Source of the DNA: Octopus vulgaris | Taxonomy: Eukaryota | DNA: 64,000 nt | Direction: 5' to 3' | Assembly: GCA_951406725.2 (NCBI GenBank) | Contig: OX597824.1 | Location: 55,056,001 to 55,120,000, forward strand | Part shown: piece after piece, positions 55,211-64,000 of the stretch | Layout of the letters: the number at the start of each line of letters is the position of its first letter | How positions within the stretch are numbered: the stretch's first letter is position 1 | Translations under genes and position numbers: made by a program | The notes under the pieces: generated by a model | The model's input: only the letters and a program-made list of their open reading frames with translations | Databases searched by the model: none | What the model was told of the DNA's origin: nothing

Positions 55211-57926
55211 TGTTGTTGGCATCCTTTTTATCTCGGGAGACAATGAAGTTGCGCATAAAATAATCTAGTCTGGCTTTTACATTTCAAGTCCTAATATATC
55301 TCCTGCTGTGGCTGTGTAGTCCTATCCTGGACAAACACTCCCTCTGGCAGGTGCCGCAAATGTAGTGAAGACTTTGCCTGGCTGGCTGTAATGTCATAGT
55401 TTCTTGTTGACGTCTTTTCTTGTCTTTCCATTTCTCCTCTCTCTCTATGTCACTCCTTTGTGTTCCCTCTTTTATGGTACGTCGCTAATCTCCACGGTTG
55501 TTGGCAACTGCTTCCCAGTTGGTAATATTGATGTTGCAGGCATTCATGTCCCTTTTGCAAACATCCTTGTATCGTAAGAACAGTCTTCCCACAGACCTAG
55601 TGCCCCTAGCAAACTCTCCGTTGAGTATGTCCTTGGGGATTCTGCCATCTTCAATACAGCTAACATGTCCAAGCTATCTCATACGTCTTTGTGTGAGGAG
55701 TGCAAACATGCTTGGTATTCCTGCTTGCTTGAGGACATCTTTGTTGGGGACATGATTCTGCCATTTGATGCGAAGGACTTTCCGGAAGCAGCGTAGGTGA
55801 TAGATATTTAGGCGACGCTCTTGGCATGTGTATGGCGTCCAAGTCTCACTTCCATACAGTAGAGTGCTAAGTACACATGCCAGGTAAATCTTCATTTTTG
55901 TGGTCTTGGTCAGCTTATTGTTGTCCCATGCCCGTTTGGAGAGTTGGGCCATCACAGCAGCTGCCTTGCCAATGCGTATATTGAGCTCAGCAGCAAGGGA
56001 TAGGTTGTAGGTGACGGTAGAGCCAAGGTAGGTAAACTTCTCCACCTTCTGTAGTCTGTGGTCTCCAATGTGTATGTTTGGGATGTCCGATGTAGCCTGA
56101 CCCATGATGTTGGTCTTCTTGAGGCTGATAACTAAGCCAAAGTTGCCACATGCTTGCTCAACACAGTTGATGAGCCTTTGTAGGGCTTCTTCTGTGTGTG
56201 ATACCAGAGCGGCATCATCAGCAAATAGCGTCTCCTTGATCAGGACACTTCTGATTTTGGTCTTGGCATGCAGACGCGAGAGATTGAATAGTTTCCCATC
56301 ACTTCTACTGTGCAGAAACACTCCATCATCTGATGTCTGAAAGGCATGTGAGAGCAGCAGTGAGAAGATGCCAAATAATGTAGGAGCAAGGACACAACAT
56401 TGCTTTACCCCATTTTTTATTTGGAAGGCGGCTGATGTTGAACCATTGTGCTGTACGGTGCCTTGCATATCATCATGGAAAGATTTGATGATCCTCAGCA
56501 GCTTTGGTGGACATCCGAATTTTTGGAGCAGGATGAAGAGGCCTTTTCTACTTACCAACTCAAAGGCCTTTATCAGATCAATGAAGGCCATATATAATGG
56601 CATTTTCTGCTCTCTGGACTTCTCCTGAAGTTGGCGTATGGAGAATATCATGTCAATAGTTGATCTGCTTCTTCTAAAGCCACACTGCGATTCTGGATAA
56701 ATTCGAGAAGCAAGCAGTTGCAGCCTGGACAGGATAATGCGAGCAAAGGTCTTTCCAACAGTGCTTAGAAGAGATATTCCACGGTAATTGTTACAATCAC
56801 CACGGTCACCTTTGTTTTTGTAAAGCGTAATGATGTTAGCATCCCGTAATGATGTTAGCGTAATGATGTTACCCTCTTTCCAGCACTGACACAGAAGCTC
56901 ATGAAGGTGCTGAAGAAGGATGGTGTTTTTGCCGGTTTTGATGATCTCTAAGGGGATGCCATCTTTTCCCGGAGCCTTGTTACTTGCTAGGGAGTCAATA
57001 GCCTTGGTGAGCTCTGCTATAGATGACAGACTGTCAAGTTCGCACATGACTGGCAAGACCTTGACACCCTCGATTGCAGTCTCAGCTACCGTGGTCTCCC
57101 GTGAGTAGAGATCCTGGTAGTACTCCACCCACCTATCCATCTGCTTGCTTTGGTCCTTGATGAGATCTCCAGTAGTTGATTTCAGAGCGGCTGACTTGGT
57201 TGCGGATGGACCGAGGGCCTTCTTGAAACCGGCATACATCGCACGGGTGTCGCCACTGTCAGCAGCTAACTAAATATTCTGACAGATTTCCTGCCAATAC
57301 CTATTTGCACAGCGTCTGGCAGTCAGTTGGGTTTTATTTCTTGCCTTTCTGAGTTCTTCGAGTGACTTTGTAGAAGAATCACTCTTGTATAGCATCAGAG
57401 CTGCACACATTGCTTCGATAACTGTTTCCAGCTCTGAAAGCCCAGCACTGAACCAATCTGGATTTTGCCTTTCTCTCATGCCGAAAGTATCTATTGATAT
57501 AGTATACAAAGCTTCCCTGATATAATTCCGCCTACTTTCAGCAGAGGAGGTTGGGCAGCTACTGAGGGCAATCTTGATAGAAACAGCAAAACATTGGTTC
57601 TGGCAGTGTTAATGCGTAGTCAGCCCATTTTCTTGGAGTGATGGACTTTTATAGGCAGAATCCTCACCCTGCTTCTTATTAGTGAATGATCTGTGTCACA
57701 ATCTGCGCTGTGGTAACTATGGGTTAGTTGAACAGAATTCAGAAAGGATCTTCGTGTAATGATGAGATCCAGCTGATGCCAGTGGTGAGATCTTGGATGT
57801 CTCCAAGATGCCTTGTGGGATGTCTTGTTGGCAAAGAATGTGTTAGTGATGCACAGGTTATGGTATGTGCAAAATTCATGTAGTCTCTGACCATGGTCAT
57901 TCATGTTGCCAATACCAAAACACATG
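55211..57926 (-). mobile_element. 5'-truncated RTE (BovB-like) LINE
   Basis: WRHPRSHHWHQLD (endonuclease), ORF 55674-57239, 3' end ..ggatgccaacaaca. Confidence 0.9.
55674..57239 (-). CDS. RTE reverse transcriptase (partial, decaying)
   Basis: KAPGKDGIP, NYRGISLL, PESQCGFR, GVKQCCVLAP, LFADD, YLGS, LLYGSETW. Confidence 0.85.
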   Translation of the reverse strand: MYAGFKKALGPSATKSAALKSTTGDLIKDQSKQMDRWVEYYQDLYSRETTVAETAIEGVKVLPVMCELDSLSSIAELTKAIDSLASNKAPGKDGIPLEIIKTGKNTILLQHLHELLCQCWKEGNIITLTSLRDANIITLYKNKGDRGDCNNYRGISLLSTVGKTFARIILSRLQLLASRIYPESQCGFRRSRSTIDMIFSIRQLQEKSREQKMPLYMAFIDLIKAFELVSRKGLFILLQKFGCPPKLLRIIKSFHDDMQGTVQHNGSTSAAFQIKNGVKQCCVLAPTLFGIFSLLLSHAFQTSDDGVFLHSRSDGKLFNLSRLHAKTKIRSVLIKETLFADDAALVSHTEEALQRLINCVEQACGNFGLVISLKKTNIMGQATSDIPNIHIGDHRLQKVEKFTYLGSTVTYNLSLAAELNIRIGKAAAVMAQLSKRAWDNNKLTKTTKMKIYLACVLSTLLYGSETWTPYTCQERRLNIYHLRCFRKVLRIKWQNHVPNKDVLKQAGIPSMFALLTQRRMR

Positions 57927-57977
57927 TACATACATATATATATACGATTGATTTGTTTCAGTTCCTGTCTACGAAAT

Positions 57978-58084
<107 letters not shown>

Positions 58085-58139
58085 CACACACACAAATATA
58101 AATTGATAGATACAACTGAGTGGGCAAACAAAAATATGA

Positions 58140-58478
58140 GACACTGCGTAGTGCTTTCTTATATTTTGATAAGCCTGGTACTTATTCTATCAGTTTCTTC
58201 TTGTGAAACTAGTAAGTTATGGGGATGTAAATAAACGAACACCAGTTGTGAAGCAGTGATGAGGGAGAAACACAAAGACACACACATAGACTTACATATA
58301 TACATACATATACATACAATTGATTTCTTTCAGTTTCTGTCTACAAAATCCACTGACAAGGCTTTGGTTGGTCTGAGGCTATAGCAGAAGATACATGCCA
58401 AGTTACCACACAGTGGGTCTGAACTGAGGACCATGTGTTTTGGAACCAAGTTTGTTACCACTCGACCACACCTGCACT
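58140..58478 (-). mobile_element. tRNA-derived SINE (further copies at 54995-55203 and 59993-60122)
   Basis: Homologous to 18030-18320. Confidence 0.75.
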
Positions 58479-58730
58479 TATGTATGTGTGTGTGTGTGTT
58501 TGTGTGTGGGTGTGTGTGTATGTGTGTATGGGTGTATATATGTATGCATATATATATGTGTATATATATGTGTACATATTACATGTACATCTATATATAT
58601 ATGCATCTAGACATGCATGTATACACATACATATATATAGAGAAATACATGTATACATGTATATATATATATATGTATGTATATACCTCCATATATATAT
58701 ACATGTATATATATATATACATCCATATAT

Positions 58731-58837
<107 letters not shown>

Positions 58838-59050
58838 ATACATACAATAGAGAGATGTTTTTGTTTCACTTTTAACACGTAAGACTGAAATAGTGAAGAA
58901 GATATGATATTGCTGTGGGCTCGCCCTAGTCAAGAAGTTAAACATTCTTTTTGCCTATGACACTACATGGACCCTAAGTAAGGCATGTCTAAAATTTGAA
59001 TGAATTTGGTTGTGTAGTTTTAGGGATTCACACAGACAGACAGACAGACA

Positions 59051-59087
<37 letters not shown>

Positions 59088-59429
59088 TCTCACTTTTATA
59101 TATATAGACGAGAGAAATAGTAATAGGAAAGGATGGAGTGATTATGAATCGTGTTGCGAATATTATTTGACTGGAAATGAATTCTGTCGTATTCATAAGA
59201 AGGCAGACAGCTAGAAGGATGAAGGTATCAGTGGTGATATAGTGGTGTGGGGTCGTTTGAATTGTCCGTACGCTATGAAGGTTAGAGGTGAAGTGGATGA
59301 CAATATACTTCACTTGATAAGGTAGCATGTGGTAAATATCTGTTACCATCTTCCATTGTTCCGTAGTGAGAAGTAAGTTTTAGTTCCCTGTGTTGGGAGT
59401 GAAATCGATTAGAGTGAAATCGATTAGAT

Positions 59430-59893
59430 TTATTATTATTATTACTAATATTGTTGTTATACATACATACAAGCATATGTAATGATAATAATGGGTGGAT
59501 GTAAACACATGAACAAAATTAGAACAAAAGCAACAACAACAAAAACAAAATACAAATTACAAGAATGTATATAACCAGAAGATACAAATATTACAGGCAT
59601 CCCCCCCACACACACACTAAATAAACATAGACGCACATAGAGATATAAGCATGCGCAAATGAAGACATACAATAGAAATACAAAATGGCTGACGGTTAGT
59701 AAGGAGAGACACAAGTAAGTGAGAAGAAAACAAAGGACCACTGATGCGGTCACAGGAGTGTGACGAAAGAACTTTGGCCGAAATAAGATTAAGATTAATG
59801 TAAAAAATAAATATCACTGAAGCAAAATAACACCAAATATATAGTGCGTGTGTTTTTATTGGCTAAACTGGCAATATGACCATTCCGAAATAT

Positions 59894-59900
<7 letters not shown>
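59430..59900 (+). mobile_element. PLE pLTR fragment with HHR 59735-59779
   Basis: Homologous to 34940-35420. Confidence 0.75.
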
Positions 59901-59965
<65 letters not shown>

Positions 59966-60309
59966 GTATGTATGCCTGTATATATGTACAAAATTCACTG
60001 AGAAGGCTTTTGTTGGTCTGAGGCTATAGCAGAAGACACATGCCAAGTCACCACACAGTGGTACTGAACTCAAGACCATGTGTTTGGAACGTAGTTTGTT
60101 ACCACTCAGCCACACCTGCCCCTATGTATGTGTGTGTGTGCGTATGTGTGTATGGGTGGCTATATTATGCATGTATATATGTGTATATATATGTGTACAT
60201 ATTACATGTACATCTATATATATATACGTCTACACATAAAATACAAAATACAAAGTTATGTCTTGATATCGCTAGTGATAATAATACTCAAAATATATAA
60301 CATACTGGA

Positions 60310-60800
60310 ATTGTAGGCCCGTCTCTTGCAATTTCGATCAATTGTATCTTGTCCTCCTTCTTGTATAGAAGTGTGGCTACAATCCAGTCTACCTCTACTT
60401 CTGGGGGGACATTTTAAATTTTTATCCGGGACGTCCTACGTCCCAGATATAAAGGTGAAAATAAAATATTTCCACTTTGCAAGGCTCGAGTCGAGTACTA
60501 CCTTGCACGCTCCGTTGACTCGAACCTTGCTTCTATTGTGGCGAATTTACCGCCTCTGGTTAGATACTTGATATCTTTCATAGTTGCACCAAGACACTTT
60601 TCGATGGTGCTTTCCTCCAGGTGTTCAAATCTTTTTTTTTCTCTATATTGTATACTTTATAGACAATAGTCTTTTCTTTAATTTAATTTTTTATTTCGTT
60701 TGGTTGTGTTACCCTAGATTCACTGTCAAAGTCGGTGATCAATCCAAAATAGGTTTGTATTTCTTCCATTTTAATTTTAATGAATTCGCGCCCGCTGATG
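60310..60800 (-). pseudogene. Decayed ORF1 paralogous to 62926-63537
   Basis: Minus strand reads IKYLTRGGKFATIEARFES..PLYLGRRTSRI versus VAFLARGVGFGTVVVQFKT..PSYLGRRTTRI. Confidence 0.75.
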
Positions 60801-61093
60801 GCTGCAGCGAAATTCCTTTTTGGACTTTCTTCTATCGAAGACATTTTAACAAAAATGCTTCCGTATAAACGGTGAAAATATTGTCAATTTCCCCAAACGG
60901 ACACAATTCAATTTTTATACAATAACCAAAGCTCCTTCTCCGAAAGTGGGAGGGTTACGGTTTACAATTATTTAACAAATGCAACACAACGACGCTTCCC
61001 TTACGAGGAACCAACAAACGTGATAACAATAGTTAAACAGTAATAATAACAACAAACCTTACGGTGACTCAAAAAGCAGTACTCAGTAGAAGC

Positions 61094-62183
61094 TATAGTC
61101 CTTTATGGATAAGAAAGTATAAAAATAAGATTGTGCTTGGTCGTACCGTATAAGAGACAGTCGAACGCGATCCCATTCTTAATAATTTATTTACCGACTA
61201 TATAATACATGCAGCGGCAATACACATAAATTTGGAATGACAACAAGATTTCTTTTTAAGATATATACATTATTTATTTTACATATTTTACAATCATGTG
61301 GATTCTAAGAGTTCGTAAGCGTTAGCATGTTTTTGTGTCTGTGTGTTCGTTAGGCGTAAAAAGGTACTGACCAGTGAAATGACGATGGGATTTGATTCAC
61401 AGTTCATGTTGTTGGTATCGGCCAGGCAACAGGTAATAACAGATGGCTTAAGGTAGTTCTTAGAAGAAACTAGAACCCAAGAACAGATAATTGATTTACC
61501 GTTTCAAGATATTGCGTATCGCAGTTGAGATTAATTGAATCACTCGTTGTGTTTATCTTTCTCTTGATATGAACATACTTCCAGATATGTTACTGTAGCC
61601 GTTTTTTCCGTGGCGAGAATTTCACCTAACCGCTATAGCTGAATCTGTAGTTGTCTCGTGTACAATTTAAATCTTCGATGTTTGTCGATTGGTTCTTGCT
61701 GCTTCTTCATTATATGTTCTGCTTGGTTATTTTTCTCTAGTTATAGATATCTTGTAACCGTTTTCTTCATGGTGATTTTTCACACTAACAGTATGAGAGG
61801 TATCTGTAACATCTTGTATTAATGGTGGTCGCCTGCCTCGAAACTGGAACTTGGACAGAGGTTTAGCTCTGAGAAGAACTAAAAACCTAAGACGAATATT
61901 CTTCTGAGAAACCTTATTTATAAGCTTTACATGGCTCCCAATGAACTTCAGAAATGGAAAGCTGTGATTGGCTGCTTGGAACTATGGCGCGAAAATAAGT
62001 CGAGACATTTTGCGCCAAGTTATAACCAGCGGTGCGAGCGTAGTAGAGACCAACGTGTCAACCAATCGAATTAGTGTTTACAAGAATGTTGAACTAGCCA
62101 AAGCTGTTTGTAATCTCGACCGAGGTCATTCTTAATCCTCTGCTCAAACAGTGAAGATAGCAATGAGAGACGATATTGCTACA
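61094..62183 (-). mobile_element. Probable solo LTR
   Basis: Minus strand begins TGTAG and ends CTATA (from CTACA?); CCAAT near 61970, TATAAAT near 61920 and AATAAA near 61190 in LTR order. Confidence 0.5.
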
Positions 62184-62240
62184 AAAGAAACCAAAAGCAG
62201 TACTCAGTAGAAGCGTGTGTTCGAGAAAACAGACATTACT

Positions 62241-64000
62241 TATTTTTTATTACCCATAAAGGGCTTACATAGAGGGGGACATTACAAACATTGGGGACAC
62301 AAAACATCACAAAAATACAGAAACGTATGAAAGATGAAAAATTGTGAAAATGAGAAATGAAAGCGATGTTAATGGCCCCATCTGATAACATCACTTACCT
62401 GTCCTTCTTCCCTATATCGGTATAAAAAACATGTAGTCCTCCAGTTTCATCCCATATATTTCTTCCAGTTCATATCTCTTATCCGGTTCAATTGTTTTCC
62501 TAATCAATTTACAACTTTTTAAAAGTTTTTCCTTGAGTTCTTTTTCTTGGTTCCCTGATGTTACTACATACATCAACCCCGCCATATCCCAGCTGTCTTG
62601 CAATTCTACCTTTCCCCCAGTCCCTCAATATTTCACGTATTTCTTCCTTGTTTATTACACCTAATATATGGGGACGAGCATTTTTAAAGTTATCCTGTGT
62701 GTCTGTGTTATCTTTTTTTTTTTCTTGTTGGTGGGGAGCGGGTGGGTTCAGTGTCTGCAGGGGAAGGGTGGACCACAAAGGGTGCGGGTGGTGATGGGGT
62801 GGGTTCAGAACAGTTTGCCTTTTTTCTCCTTCTCTTCCTCCTTCCCATGGATTCCCATTCTGCTGGTAATTCTTCCACGTCCACTTGCTTCTCTTCCGCT
62901 GTATTCTGCTCCTCCTGGGGCTCCTCTACCTTTCTTGCTGGTTCTTTTCTTTGTTCTTTTGTTGGGGAGGACAGTTAGCTCTTATGTGGCCCTTCAAGCA
63001 GCATTTGTAACAACGAGGAGCTCTGCCCTCCACCCATACTCTCATAATGATGTTTCCCATTATTATATTCTCGGCCAGTTGTTCCAACACCTCCAATTCC
63101 GCCTGGACATTCATCTCCAGTACTGCTCCTCTCCATCCTCCCTCGTCCTTCACCGTGGCATGAAGAATGTCCACCTTATCTTCATTAGCACTGATGATGG
63201 CTGTCACAATCCACTCTCCGTCTATGTCTGGTGATATTCCCTCCACCCTGATCCGGGTCGTCCTCCTTCCCAGATACGAGGGCAGAAGGAATGCCTTCTC
63301 CGACTTTATTGTTTTCGCCGCCATTCTCCTTGCCACTTTTTCGGTTTTAAATTGTACAACCACGGTGCCGAACCCAACGCCTCTTGCGAGAAACGCTACC
63401 TCCTCTTCTGGCATTCTCAGTGCTTCCTCTACCATTTCCATGCCGACCAACTCTATTCTCCTTTTTTCGTTGGTGAATACTCTATACGTAATGGTCCTCT
63501 TCTCATACCAGTCTCTTCTTTTCCTTGGCGGCGACAACTCAACTTCACTGCCGACCTTCGTAAAAATTCTTGATAACCTGGCAATTTAGCCAGATCTATC
63601 TCTTTTTCCGTTGACTTTGTCGCTCGAGCGTATGTTGTTTTTTCTCCGAGTGCTCTGCCCAATTTCCTCACTGCCTTTTCCAGTTCCTCCTTAGAGGTCG
63701 ACAGGTCCGACTCACTGAGGCTTGTAAAAACATTTTTCCTTGCCATTTTCTCCCTTAGGGAGAGGCAAACCATTTTTTCCTTGTCTGTCTCAGTACAGAC
63801 AGACAAAATTCAACAATACCGTTTAACAAAATTTAATAAACAATAACAGGCAAAGCAATTACACACAGGTTCCAAAAAACGACTACAGCCAAACTTCATA
63901 TAGATACTTAATGCTAGCTAATTAGCAGATAATCTAATGTAAAAGCCGTGGTAAAGGGTATGTGCATAGCTCCATCTGGACTATTCCATTTCTGCACATT
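62241..64000 (-). mobile_element. ORF1-only L1/Tx1-related (HAL1-like) element
   Basis: ORF1 pieces run to a stop at 62412, then about 170 bp of 3' UTR, AATAAA and an A-rich end; no ORF2. Confidence 0.65.
62926..63537 (-). CDS. L1/Tx1-type ORF1 (gag-like, RRM-like region and CCHC zinc knuckle), frameshifted
   Basis: RVWVEGRAPRCYKCCLKGHIRANCP (CX2CX4HX4C); N-terminus in frame 63453-63806. Confidence 0.8.
   Translation of the reverse strand: MSPPRKRRDWYEKRTITYRVFTNEKRRIELVGMEMVEEALRMPEEEVAFLARGVGFGTVVVQFKTEKVARRMAAKTIKSEKAFLLPSYLGRRTTRIRVEGISPDIDGEWIVTAIISANEDKVDILHATVKDEGGWRGAVLEMNVQAELEVLEQLAENIIMGNIIMRVWVEGRAPRCYKCCLKGHIRANCPPQQKNKEKNQQER

Overview
A 64-kb, gene-poor, very AT-rich eukaryotic region with no recognisable host gene. 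The (AT)n/(ATGT)n density and the SINE/LINE types suggest an octopus or other coleoid cephalopod (inference). It is a nest of transposable elements separated by microsatellites. Penelope-like elements (PLEs) include a nearly intact Neptune-type copy (29339-34640) and Naiad-type GIY-YIG fragments. There are also CR1-type and RTE LINEs, tRNA-derived SINEs, non-autonomous Helitrons, Tc1/mariner relics, an ORF1-only (HAL1-like) element and a probable solo LTR. Most predicted ORFs are microsatellite artefacts. The main hidden signal is RNA structure: by eye I find more than 20 minimal type I hammerhead ribozyme (HHR) motifs from about 9 families, most with a family-specific self-complementary stem III. 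They include a 352-bp tandem retrozyme-like unit (28493-29212) and a family whose core carries a compensatory G3-C8 swap (9710-9759, 53466-53516). All structures were read manually; no folding program or database search was run.
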